Shown one piece after another: positions 40,938 through 53,299 of a stretch of DNA of 64,000 nt. Made by a program: the position numbers and the translations under genes. Below the pieces are notes generated by a model. That model was not told the DNA's origin, searched no databases, and saw nothing but the letters and a program-made list of their open reading frames with translations. Location of the stretch: contig OX597833.1 in NCBI GenBank assembly GCA_951406725.2, positions 58,590,001 to 58,654,000 of the forward strand, read 5' to 3'. Positions within the stretch are counted from its first letter, which is position 1. Each line of letters begins with the position of its first letter. This DNA is from Octopus vulgaris (taxonomy: Eukaryota).

Positions 40938-41550
40938 CAAGATGTTACATGTAGGTATAGCAAGATGATGTACATGTAGCTATAACAGTATAATAGTTCA
41001 TGTAGATATAAGATGGTACATGTAGATATAAGAAGATGGTACATGTAGATATAAGAAGATGGTACATGTGGATTATAAGAAGATGGTACATGTAGATATA
41101 AGAAAATGGGTACATATATATATAAGAAGATGGGTACATATATATATATATATAAGAAGATGGTACATGTAGATATGAAATAGAACATGTAGATATAAGA
41201 AGATGGTACATGTAGATATAAGAAGATGGTACATGTAGTTATAAGAAGATGGTACATGTAGATATAAGAAGATGGTACATGTAGTTATAAGAAGATGGTA
41301 CATGTAGATATAAGAAGATGGGTACATGTAGATATAAGAAGATGGGTAGAAGGTGGTACATGTAGATATAAGAAGATGGGTACATATATATATATAAGAA
41401 GATGGTACATGTAGATATGAAATAGAACATGTAGATATAAGAAGATGGTACATGTAGATATATGAAGATGGTACATGTAGATATATGAAGATGGTACATG
41501 TAGTTATAAGAAGATGGTACATGTAGTTGAAGATGGTACATGTAGTTATA
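40938..41550. repeat. 23-bp minisatellite (atataagaagatggtacatgtag)
   Basis: Direct periodicity. Confidence 0.92.
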
Positions 41551-41955
41551 ACAAAATGATTGGCTAAATGGAATAAGTGAAAAGGATGAAGTTATGTAGT
41601 TTTGAAAATATCAAAAGTTGACTTTATCATTTAATAATATACTCAACGAAGCAATAATCAGTTGTAGGATGTTTGAGTGGAAAGCAAGTGAAGTTTCAGT
41701 GGTGATAGGGGGCATCAGAAGGTGAGACCCCTAACTATTAATATTCTCTTTCTTGAGCAAAAAATACAGGGGGAAAACCCCTAAATCTCTTGCACTTCCT
41801 TCTGTTTATTGGCATTTTGTTTGCGTCCCTCCGATCATTTTGTTATCTATTTCTACATGTGCAATACGATAAATTTATTATTGTTGTTGTCATCAACATC
41901 ATCATCATCATTATCATCATCAACGCATATATACACATATGTATGTATATATATA

Positions 41956-42017
<62 letters not shown>

Positions 42018-42084
42018 TAAAAACGGTAAGATAACAAAAAAAAAAAAGAAAGAGACCTCAATATTATGTAAAAAGAGGAAATTT

Positions 42085-42282
42085 ATCTGTGAAATAATAT
42101 GTAACAATTATTCAATAGCCAGGATAAAACTCTGAGTTTCGGATGCCGAGGTGGAAATCCACAACACCATCTCTTCGGTTATCTGGCCATCAAGAGATGG
42201 TGTTGTGGATTTCCACCTCGGCATCCGAAACTCAGAGTTATATCTTGGCTATTGAATAATTGTCACATATTATTTCACAGAT
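42085..42282. repeat. Palindrome of the Penelope-like element 3' terminus, 91-bp arms
   Basis: Arms 42085-42175 and 42192-42282; sequence matches 37270-37360; (TA)n flanks. Confidence 0.9.
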
Positions 42283-43317
42283 ATATATATGTATATATAT
42301 ATATATACATATATATGCACACACACATACAATGAAATTATTTACTGCATTATTATGTGGTTAGAAGTTACCAGGATGTTCAAGAAGAATAATGAAATAA
42401 TTAAAACAAATTTGTGTTTTACTAAATGTTTGGCTAATGTTATTAACCGTTTATTAATATTCTTGGAAGAAAAAAAATAAAATAAAAAGTGAATTGTGAA
42501 TTTCTTTCACTAACTTCTCCATTCTCTTTTATAACTGGCGCCAAGCTTTCTGGAATTCCACCTAACCTGCATCCGAAAGATCATTTAATTTCTTACTTAA
42601 ACTTTTTTTCAATATATTTATAATAGTAATAGTTAGTAGTGGTTAGTAGTAGTAGTATCAATTGTAGTGATTGAAAATGATGTGTAGCTGAAACCGGAAG
42701 GCTGAAAACTTGTGTGTGTTGAAAGTGTACAAATGCAATCCGTAGATATGATCTTTCTTTCATTATTAGGTTAGTGGTTGTCTATTCTTTGTAACTGTAA
42801 GAAATATCGAAGCAACCATGTATTTAATTATTACATACACTCAAATGTATTGTGGATTCATAGTAGAATTAATCTAATTTGCCAGTTCTATATTATTCAC
42901 TAATATCACAAATAACTACTAGACTTCACTGAGTGCAGCCTATGTTACATAGATATTAATTAGTATACAATACATGGATATTAATATACAAATTAATATA
43001 CACTTCCCTAGTATGACAGTTAAATAGCTATTTAGAACCACAGTTAAATAGCTATTTAGAACCACCACAAATATAATGGACCCCTTGTTACCATATTTCT
43101 GTCAACATATGCTGCCTTTGTTTGATTTGATTTTTTAAATATTGAAGAATTTAGTAAAATAACTTTCTCATTATTAAACTGGGGTCTGGAACAAATTAGC
43201 ATAATATTTGGATGGGAGATATTATAATTTAGACTACTTCGAAACAGTAAGTTTGTGTCATAAAACCTGGGGGTGGGTGGGTGTCATAAAACCTGGGGGT
43301 GGGTGGGTGAGTTCTGT

Positions 43318-43910
43318 TCTTGATTCGACAGTCATTCGGAATGCTCACAGCAGCCATATTCCTACCACTCTATGTCACACTGGTGAGACCCATATTGGAG
43401 TACGGGATTCAAGCCTCTTCTCCTTATCCCCTCAAAGAAATACAGTATCTGAAAAGAGTCCAGAAGTTGGCTACCCGCATGGTTCTTGGTCTCAAGAATT
43501 TGTCTTATGAAGAAAGGCTGAAGACGCTCGACCTTTATTCTCTAGAAAAACGCTGCCGCCGTGGTGATCTCATTCTTGCTCACAACATCATAAGCGGAAA
43601 GTGTAACCTCTCGAAAGAGCTGTTCTTCACTCCTGCTCCAGAGCGTCGGCTGCGGGGTCACTCTGAAAAGCTCTATCTGCAACGATTTCATCTCAATTGA
43701 AGGAGAGGGGCTTTCTCCGTCCGGGTTGCGGATCCGTGGAATAAGCTGTCGGACGAGATAGTGAAGATGCCGATAACCGCTTGATTCAAAGTCTTCCTTG
43801 ACCACAAATGGCCTGAACTCTTTGCATGAACACCACCCTGTACATAACTCCATGTCCCCCTACATGGCCTTGCTTTTTGCTGTTTGAGCCAAAAAATTAA
43901 CTAACTAACT
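43318..43910 (+). mobile_element. 5'-truncated CR1-clade LINE (RT C-terminus, 3' UTR, (TAAC)n tail)
   Basis: LYVTLVRPILEY...LKRVQKLATRMVLGLKNLSYEERLKTLDLYSLEKRCRRGDLI is a typical CR1 ORF2 C-terminus; contains stops. Confidence 0.88.
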
Positions 43911-44496
43911 AGTTTATCCTAAAAAGCAGTGGTCCTTAACCTGGATGGTAATGCTCCCTTGAGGCATTGTGAACTCATAAGGGAGTGATAAATATCAAAG
44001 TAGGGTGCTGGGCATTTTGAGGGTCATGATTTTTCTTAGAAATATAATATATAAACTTGGTACAATATTTATTTCTTAAGCACATTTTCAAAAAGTATTT
44101 CTTTTGTGATTAGAATATTAGTAGGACATTGTATTACCAGTGAGCAGAAGCATGATTGATGGTTGTCTAATCAACCTGTTAACTGAATTTTTTTTCTCTA
44201 ATATGAAGAATTTCTAAAGCTACTGAGGCTTTTTCCCAAGTGTTATATACCATAAAAACATACTGTGTATCCAGTTTTTTTGCATGATTGTTCTGGGAGC
44301 TCAATGGTGCTTTCTTTTACATCTAGGCCGGATTCACATGGAGTGCATCTTTAACAGACTTAGACCTGCCCTTTCTCTTCCTGGATAGCAATATTGGATG
44401 ATCTGATTGGTTTCAAATCTTGTTTAACTCTCATCACAGAATACATTAGTTATTCGCTGATGGAGAGAAATATTGCTAATAGCTATATATATGTTA

Positions 44497-45178
44497 TCAT
44501 CATCGTTTAACGTCCGTTTTCCATGCTGGCACGGGTTGGACAGTTTGACTGAGGCCTAGAGAGCCAGCCGTTGCACCAGGCCCCAAATCTGATCTGGCAA
44601 TGTTTCTACAGCTTGATATCCTTCTTAATGCCAACCACTCCGAGAATGTAGTGAGTGCTTTTTACGTGCCACCAGCACAGGAGCCAGTTGGGGTTACTGG
44701 CATCGGCCACATTTGGATGGTGTGGATGGAGATATATACACATATGCATAGTGAGTTTGTCCAACTTACTTTATGGATTTTCATAAATAGTGCTGAATAG
44801 TGCATAATAGTGCTGAACGTGGCCAATGCCAGCGTCGCCTTGACTGGCTTCCGTGCCGGTGACACGTAAAAAGCACCATCCAAATCGTAGCCAATGCCAG
44901 CGCCGCCTTGACTGTCTTCCGTGCCAGTGGCCCGTAAAATGCACCAATCCAATCGTGGCCGTTGCCAGCCTCGCCTGGCACCTGTGCCAGTGGCACGTAA
45001 AAAGCACCCATTACACTCACGGAGTGGTTGGCGTTAGGAAGGGCATCCAGCTGTAGAAACACTGCCAGATCAGACTGGAGCCTGATACAGCCTACTGGCA
45101 TCCCAGATCCCCGGTCGAACTGTCCAACCCGTGCTAGCATGGAGAACGGACGTTAAGCGATGATGATGATGATGATGA
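44497..45178. mobile_element. Head-to-head inverted pair of family C copies
   Basis: 44497-44720 (-) and 44815-45178 (+), about 95 bp apart. Confidence 0.8.
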
Positions 45179-45792
45179 GTGCTATATTGACAATGTATTC
45201 AAATTAATTCTGCACTACACACCTGCTATATCTCTGCTATATCTAGTGTAATATTGTGCAAAATAAAGGTTTTCTTTCTTTCTTTTTTGCAATACAATAT
45301 AAAATTATTCTAGCTTTAAAACATAAGTTTATGTATTTCCAAGCATTGTAAAGTTACTGCTAGAAACAATAAACCTAAAAGATTAATTACTAGATTGATA
45401 ATAATTGTATGTGGGTTAATTTTAGGAAGTTAAGTTTTATTAGTTTTGAGGGTTCTCAGCTTTTCTGCATGAAAACAGTGTGTGTGTGTGTGTGTGTGTG
45501 TGTGTAGCAGGTTGTTGGTAAGAAGAATAATTTTACAAACCTGGGAAATTAATGTATGAAAAAAAAAAAAAACCTATTTTGTTTTTGCCTATTAATGAAA
45601 ATTGTTGATGTTTATGGACATGTTTGCCTATTAATATATTTGTTTTTTGTATTTGTTTGCATTTTTATTGTTGTTTGTCAGCTCCGTTAATTGAAACTAC
45701 AAGACAGCATGATGTCTTACCCTCTTACCCTCTTACCTCCTGTTCCTCCAGAGAGAGAGAAAAAAAAGAAAATTTTTATTTTACTCTTGCAG

Positions 45793-45828
45793 ATCATAGA
45801 ACGCAAATCCTTGCTGGCATTTCAAGTT
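45793..45828 (+). CDS. Piezo: Candidate 36-nt Piezo microexon (IIERKSLLAFQV)
   Basis: Acceptor tttttattttactcttgcag, donor gtgagt, phase 0-0, no stop; both flanking exons are phase 0. Confidence 0.5.
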
Positions 45829-46851
45829 GTGAGTAATTAGCTGACTGGCTTCGTTATTAGTAAGATAGCGAGGGTGCACCTGCGACAATGTTGTCGTAGC
45901 AAGATTACATTAGATTACAATATTGCCAAATCACAACACCTGTAGACTAACACAGTAATATTTACCCGCACTCACAACTCCACAAGATCACAGCACCTCT
46001 TCTTTACAACACCAATGTCACTACACTACAGTTCAGTACTATTAAAACATCACACTGTTATACTGCTTCAAAACATACCACCAAAATGTCACCATACCAC
46101 TTCACCGTGACATCTAAACTCTATAGTATTAAGTCATGTTGTGTCAGTAGTTCACAATGCTCTTTCGAACACTACAGCACTACACAGTTATCCCTATTCT
46201 CCCCCCCACTTGCAGCAACACCATTAGACTGAATGAAAATATGATTTTGCCCCTTCTAATGCCATGATATTTTAATTGTCACTGTATTTCAGTACTATTG
46301 CTGAAAAAGAAATTAAAAGGAGCAGGAAGAAAAAGATGATTCCCATGTGTTTGTTACGGAATTTTTAATAAATTTAATAAGTATTAAGTTCCTTAATATT
46401 GTCTGATATCAACGAGTCAAATACCAATCATTATTTATTGATTGATTCATTGGTAACAGTCTTTGTATTGCTGCATAAATTTCACTTTTAATTTTACCAA
46501 TTTTTGGAATTTGGCATTATCTTCATTTGTTCCTTTTGCGATCTCTCAGAATCCAGTGCATCAGTTTTTCCATTCATCTGCTGTCACCCTTCTTCCCAGT
46601 ACCTCATTTACGAAGTTGTTATTGCAGACTAGCGTTAGTAAACTCTGATTTATTAGACTGAGTCACATAAAGCAGCTAATAAAGCACTCAACGTGTTTCA
46701 CACATGGTTACACCAGACTGCTATTGTCTGGTTAACTTTCTTTTCCTCGCCATTAATGTGAATGTTGAGTCGGCTGTGTTAGGGTTGTTAGTCCACATTA
46801 CTCTGTAAGGACCAGTTTCCTGGTTTCTCTGGCATATATAGTATATACCAG

Positions 46852-47115
46852 CTTCGAATATGAAGTGCAGTTGAAATAAATAAATTGCACTTCATATTCA
46901 CTTCATATTCGAGGCTCTGATGAAGCTATCAGGTCTTGCTCTGGCACTCAACTGTGGGTCCACTACATCTTATAGCAGAAACAGCATTAAGTTACTGAAG
47001 TTCATAAGAAAATTCATTTGTTCCTTTGTCATCTTATCTCCTTATTGTCTCTCTGTACTCGGCTAACACTTAGTTCTAAAGCATACGTATATCGAGTTCC
47101 ATATCAGGTTTTCAG
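46852..47115 (+). mobile_element. Penelope-like pLTR remnant with inverted 5' segment and hammerhead-like core
   Basis: 24-bp flanking duplication (1 mismatch) tctggcatatatagtatayaccag; CTGATGA-AGCTAT...ATAGC-A-GAAAC. Confidence 0.55.
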
Positions 47116-47632
47116 TCTGGCATATATAGTATACACCAGTCTGTCTCAAGATCACTCATCTTAATCAGCTGAGAGTACTGGAGCAGTATGGAATGAAATG
47201 CTTTTGCTCAAGAGTGCAATGCATTTCCTAGTCCTGGAATCGAAACCACAATCTTACAATCATGAATCCAACACACTAACCACTAAGCCATATATTGGAA
47301 TCAGTGTTTGCTAATTAATGGTCTTGCTGTTGCTGGCTGTGTTGCTTTGATAAAGCAAACCTTTGTCTCGTAGACAGTCAATTAAAAGATTTAAATATGA
47401 TCCACAAATAATAAACGTTTTTGTTTTGTTCTTTCGTAATTCAACTGGTGTTCTATCTTATCATCTTTTCTGGTATATTATATTCACGAAACACTTCTAC
47501 TGTATATTTCAACCGTTTTTAGGACATAGATTGGGGTTCAAGTGAGATTTTGCTGCTATTTCTATTAGTCTGGGTGACTGCATAGAGGTTCCCTTGACAC
47601 CTTAGCTTGGTAATGTTATTCTTGGTGTAGAT

Positions 47633-48145
47633 CAAAGGTTCTCAACCATTTTCTATCTCTGGACTCCTTTGATTGCTATTTTATTCTGGTGGACCCCCCC
47701 CCCCCGCAAGCCATTCGATGCTAAAAAAATCTAGTTTTATAGAAACTTCTTTCAAAATTCATGTATCGTTTCTCAAACTTTAATTTGTGTAGGTCAAACC
47801 ATGTAAAATGTTAGAGAAAGAAACCCAGCTATTTCCTGCAATACACACCAATACATACATCTAAGGAGACATTTTTTCAAGGGCTCTTAGAATACTATTG
47901 TGGATCTCTGATTTACTATTTTGTTGTGTGGACCCCCCAAAAAATTATGTGGACCCTCAGGGGCCATATGGACCCCGGTTGGGAACTTCTTGCAATACAC
48001 ACCAATACATGCATCTAAGGCAACATTTTTTCAGGGGCTCTTAGAATACTATTGCGGATCTCTGATTTACTATTTTGTTGCGTGGACCCCCAAAAAAATT
48101 ATGTGGACCCTCAGGGGCCATATAGACCCTGGGTGAGAACCACTG
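47633..48145. mobile_element. hAT (Charlie-like) MITE with an internal duplication of about 150 bp
   Basis: TIRs caaaggttctcaacc / gggtgagaaccactg; 8-bp TSD gtgtagat/gggtagat. Confidence 0.75.
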
Positions 48146-48582
48146 GGGTAGATGAGAATTTTGCTTCTACTGTTGTTTTTGTTGTTGTTTGTGACACAAA
48201 ATTAATTAATCTAACACTTGCTGAGGGATCTTCGTAATTTTAAGGAGGTCACACTTATATTGTTATTGTTGCTGTTGTTGTTGTTGTTGCTGTTGTAGAG
48301 CCTGTCCCTCTCTAATGAAAACTAACCATCGCAAGACAATGACTAATAATAATAATAAAAAAAAAAAGAAATCACAAAAAAAAAATACCCCCAAAAACTA
48401 ACAAAACAAATAAAATGCGAATGGCATGTCAGCATGTTTCAATTAAAGCTTCTTGTTCGGCTTCCCCTAAATACGATGCCTTATTGTTTCCAACAATTTT
48501 TAATAATCCATCATTTTTCTCTCTCTTTCTCTCTCTCTCTTTACCCCTCCCCTCAATCCTTTTCACTGGATTTCTGTCTCAG

Positions 48583-48819
48583 GGTCTTGTGGAGACAGGT
48601 GAGAACATGCACTACAGTAGTTTGGACGCGTTACCGCCAAGTAACTCCTCCGTGCCAAAGGCACTCGATATCGAAGCCAGCGAAGAATCTGAAGACGACG
48701 TGCGCGGCAGCAAGGTCAGCCATTCTCGGAGCGTCCTCAGCGAGAAGCGGTCGGTCATTGCCTCCGTGTTGATCTACATCATGAACCAAAGCTATGTGTT
48801 GACTCTTATTGCCATGATG
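48583..48819 (+). CDS. Piezo: Piezo exon (GLVETGENMHYSSL...LIYIMNQSYVLTLIAMM)
   Basis: Acceptor tctgtctcag, donor atg|gtgagt, phase 0-0. Piezo IMxQSYxxxLIAMM motif. Confidence 0.92.
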
Positions 48820-48896
48820 GTGAGTGGTTTTTTCATTTCTTTCTAACGGTGGTAGAAAATAATAATAGGTGCTGGCATGGCCACTGTGTGGTTAAG

Positions 48897-49670
48897 AAGG
48901 CGGCGAACTGGCAGAATCGTTAGCGTGCCGGGCAAAATGCTCAGCAGTATTTCGTTTGCTGCTACGTTCTGAGTTCAAATTCCGCCGAGGTCGACTTTGC
49001 CTTTCATCCTTTCGGGGTCGATAAATTAAGTACCAGTTACGCACTGGGGTCGATGTAATCGACTTAATACCTATGTCTGTCCTTGTTTGTCCCCTCTATG
49101 TTTAGCCCCTTGAGGGTAATAGAGAAATAGGTATTTCGTTTGCCGCTATGTTCTGAGTTCAAATTCCGCCGAGGTCGACTTTGCCTTTCATCCTTTCGGG
49201 GTCGATAAATTAAGTACCAGTTACGCACTGGGGTCGATGTAATCGACTTAATACCTATGTCTGTCCTTGTTTGTCCCCTCTATGTTTAGCCCCTTGAGGG
49301 TAATAGAGAAATAGGTATTTCGTTTGCCGCTATGTTCTGAGTTCAAATTCCGCCGAGGTCGACTTTGCCTTTCATCCTTTCGGGGTCGATATATTAAGTA
49401 CCAGTTACGCACTGGGGTCGATGTAATCGACTTAATACCTATGTCTGTCCTTGTTTGTCCCCTCTATGTTTAGCCCCTTGAGGGTAATAGAGAAATAGGT
49501 ATTTCGTTTGCCGCTATGTTCTGAGTTCAAATTCCGCCGAGGTCGACTTTGCCTTTCATCCTTTCGGGGTCGATAAATTAAGTACCAGTTACGCACTGGT
49601 GTCGATCTAATCGACTTAATCCCTTTGTCTGTCCCCTCTATGTTTAGCCCCTTGTCGGCAATAAAGAATT
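48897..49670 (+). mobile_element. SINE family B, one head plus four bodies, inserted in a family A head
   Basis: Exact 184-bp period (48947, 49131, 49315, 49499); ttaagaag duplicated at both ends. Confidence 0.9.
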
Positions 49671-49926
49671 AAGAAGCTTGCTTGCTAACCACACGGTTCT
49701 CGGTTCAGTCCCACTGCATGGCACTTTGGGCAAGTGCCTTCTGTTATCGCCCTGGGCTGACCAATGCCTCATGGGTGAATTTGGTTGATAGAAATGGTGT
49801 CAGAGACTGTGTGTGTGTATGTGTGTTTTAATATATAATTAAATAGTTATTACAGAAATTGTGTGAATATTTATGTGTCGCATTTATTTTTCCTCAGGTG
49901 TGTGTGTGTGTGTTTATATATATAAG

Positions 49927-50088
49927 GTGTGGCTGTGTGGTAAGAAGCTTTCTTTCCACCTACATGGTTCTGGGTTCAGTCCCACTGCATGGCACCGTGA
50001 GCAAGTTGTCTTCTACTATAGCCTCAGGATGACCAATGCCTTGTGAGTGGATTTGGTAGACGGAAACTCAAAGAAGCCTATCGTATAT

Positions 50089-50132
<44 letters not shown>

Positions 50133-50332
50133 TGTGTGTCTGTGTTTCTTCCCCCACCATCGCTTGACAACTGATGTAGGTTTGTTTACGTCTCCATAAC
50201 TTAACGGTTCAGCAAAAGAGACCGATAGAATAAGTACTGGGCTTACAAAGAATAAGTCCTGAGGTCAATGAGTTTGACTAAAGGCAGTGCTCCAGCATGG
50301 CTGCGGTTAAATGACTGAAACAAATAAAAGAA
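49927..50332 (+). mobile_element. SINE family A
   Basis: Matches 3645-4055. Confidence 0.85.
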
Positions 50333-50670
50333 TATATATATATATACATATGTTGAAGAACATGAAGTTATAAATAATAACATGTAAATATTGAGTTGAA
50401 AATGTTGAAGGCTGCCTTTAACATGTTATTATTTATAGCTTATGTCTGCTTCGAGATCCACTGTTCCAAAAAAAAAATTACTTCACTTTCTCTTGAATGT
50501 TTATAAATTCTTATGGCATGAACATTTATGTTCCCTGGTCTAGAAGCCCTAAAACACTCAAAATAATGTCTTTCTCCTCAGATTCATGTTTAATAAATTT
50601 GTATTTTGCTTCTTTTCTTCACTGTCAAAGCTATCTGTGAAAACTGTTACATTTTCTATTTTATTTGCAG

Positions 50671-50934
50671 GCTTGGAGTATTACTTTCCATAGCTGGTTG
50701 ACCTTTGTGCTTTTGTTGGGAGCTTGCCTTATTTGGATGGTGCCCAAATCACGTCGTGCGTGTCTCGTAGTCTCCCCAGTGATTGTGATTTATGCAGAAG
50801 TTCTATTGACCATTCAGTTCATCTATGGACTTGACTTAAACGACCAGGAATTACCAACCAATATCAAAGGTGTTAAAATGGCTGAAGTTGGTTTCATCAA
50901 ACCTCACACTCCATGTGGCAACTTGGCTTTACAG
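50671..50934 (+). CDS. Piezo: Piezo exon (AWSITFHSWLTFVLLLGACLIWMVP...PCGNLALQ)
   Basis: Acceptor tatttgcag, donor cag|gtaaca. Hallmark Piezo WSITxHSWLTFVLLLxACLIW. Confidence 0.97.
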
Positions 50935-51727
50935 GTAACAATACCAACCTTATTTCTCTTTCAGTGGCTTTTGCAGTGTTGCTACTTTTTGAATTTAACT
51001 AAATTCTATATTTTTATGCAGCTGAAGATTGCTCCACATTTTAAATTGATGTAATATTTGCATTGTTCAATTAAATGGAGTCGCATGAAACGATCGTACT
51101 GCATTACCTCTGGATATCCTTGTTGCTTATTTTGATTACATACACACACACACACATATATGTATATATATATATATATACATACATACATATGTATATA
51201 TAATTTGATTAGTATGAATATTCTGTGAGCTGTGTTGTATGTTGCAAATGAAAATATGTCTGAGAGATTAATTTTCCAGAGTGACTAAGAGTTACTGTTT
51301 ATATCACATTAACAGCTCTATGGCCACTTTATCTTGTACTTATGTACTACTGCAGACATGTAAATGGCCACATGGTGGTTTCCTCACTGCAAAATTATTA
51401 TGTTTAATTAGCTTTTTAATGCTCATGATGTTAAATATGGCAGCTGTGTAAATAATAGCATACTATTTTTGAATCACTTTAAGTCAGAAGATAGAATTAA
51501 TGATGATGATGATAGAATTAACAGGAGAAAAAAAATGTAATGAGTCTGAATGTGATAGGATGTACATCAGTATTCTCATCTTAATATTCACTTTTTTTTA
51601 TGCTGTTCTAATTAAAACCCTTAAAAAAATTTTCTTGTGTTTTTCTCCGTCACAACATATGAATGAGAAAGGAAGGGGTTATGGGTGAATAAAGAAGGAA
51701 GGGGTGATGGCAAACTGGTCGTGGGAG

Positions 51728-52100
51728 TGTTTCAACTCTGTGTGAGTATATGTGTGTGTATGTAAAAGAGAGGTGTGTGTGTGTGTGGTATGGAATTGGG
51801 ATGGTGAACATTCAACGCTGAAATGAAAAATCAAACAGCGTTTCAACTCTGTGTGAGTATATGTATGTGTATGTAAAAGGGAGGTGTGTGTGTGTGTGTG
51901 TGTGGTATGGAAGTGGGATGGTGAACATTCAATGCTGAAAAGAAAAATCAAACAGCGTTTCAACTCTATGTGAGCATATGTGTGTGTATGTAAAAGGGAG
52001 GTGTGTGTGTGTGCTATGGAAGTGGAATGGTGAACATTCAATGCTGAAATGAAAAATCAAACAGCGTTTCAACTCTGTGCGAGTATATGTGTATGTGTGT
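51728..52100. repeat. Tandem repeat of about 115 bp, 3 copies
   Basis: gtttcaactctgtgtgag...aaatcaaacagc repeated. Confidence 0.88.
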
Positions 52101-52209
52101 GCATGTACAATGGAAGTATGTGAATGTATGTGTGAACCAGCATTTTTTCAGTAACAAATGATTATCAGTGTGACATCTCAAAAGACAACCACTAGATAAC
52201 ATTGACAAG

Positions 52210-52627
52210 TGTAGGAGTGGCTGTGTGGTAAGTAGCTTGCTCACCAACCACATGGTTCTGGGTTCAGTCCCACTGCGTGGCACCTTGGGCAAGTGTCTTC
52301 TATTATAGCTTCGGGCTGATCAAAGCCTTGTGAGTGGATTTTGTAGATGGAAACTCAAAGAAGCCTGTCGTATATATGTATATATGTGTGTGTGTATGTG
52401 TGTATGTGTGTGTGTATATGTGTGTGTGTCTGTGTTTGTGCCCCCCAAGATCGCTTGACAACCGATGTTGGTGTGTTTACGTTCCTGTAACTTAGCGGTT
52501 TGGCAAAAGAGACCGATAGAATAAGTACTAGGCTTCAAAGGAATATGTCCTGGGGTTGATCTGCTCGACTAAAGGCGGTGCTCCAGCATGGCCACAGTCA
52601 AAAAACTGAAACAGGTAAAAGAGTAAA
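52210..52627 (+). mobile_element. SINE family A
   Basis: Matches 3645-4055. Confidence 0.88.
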
Positions 52628-52902
52628 GTGTATTAATTTGATTTACTATCCATGTTTAATTATGAAATACAATTAGCCATTGCTTTTGATGGCATAGGGC
52701 CAGCTAGTAAAATATAAAGCATTAAGTTTCACTTCTTTTAGAATTATGGTTCTGAACTTTAGTTGAAATTTCTTTCTCTAGTGTCTGCCTCAAGACATGT
52801 GTGTGTACACACACACACATTTCAGTAAGCCTAGTGAAATATTTCTCCGTATTTAAATGTAACTTCTTGAAGAACAAACTTATTTTGTGAGAGAGTCTGT
52901 AA

Positions 52903-53299
52903 TCTTTATATATAAAAGAGAGGTTGTGTGCTGTCTGTCTCCTACGATTTAGATTCCTAACTACTCCCACATTTTGCGGTGCAGTTTAACCAAAAGCGGG
53001 TATCTTATAGTCGCGATTCATATCGAGCCCTTCTGGGTATTAGCGCGCGTCTACGGTGAGTCTACGATTTAAAAAAAAATTTACCATCGATTTTTCCCAT
53101 TTTTAATGCATTTTTGGCATATATAAGGGAAGTAACTCTCTAAATATTTATTATTAAATCTCAGAACGTAAAAAGCTACAATAACACCCCCCCGTTTGTG
53201 GTTAACCATATTGAGATGGCTATTATACTTTACATCTCTAAAAATGCTTATATAGTTATTTCCCTTACAAACCCGAGCAACGCCGGGCCATACTGCTAG
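52903..53299 (+). mobile_element. Non-autonomous Helitron-like element with related ends and a different interior
   Basis: A|TCTTTATATATAAAAG start, CCCGAGCAACGCCGGG hairpin, CTAG|T end. Confidence 0.7.

Noticed and set aside
4470-41550. CRISPR-like periodic arrays
   Set aside because: No unique spacers and no cas genes; eukaryotic minisatellites.
48947-49670. Hammerhead retrozyme interpretation of the 184-bp tandem units
   Set aside because: No CUGANGA/GAAA core with stems found on either strand.
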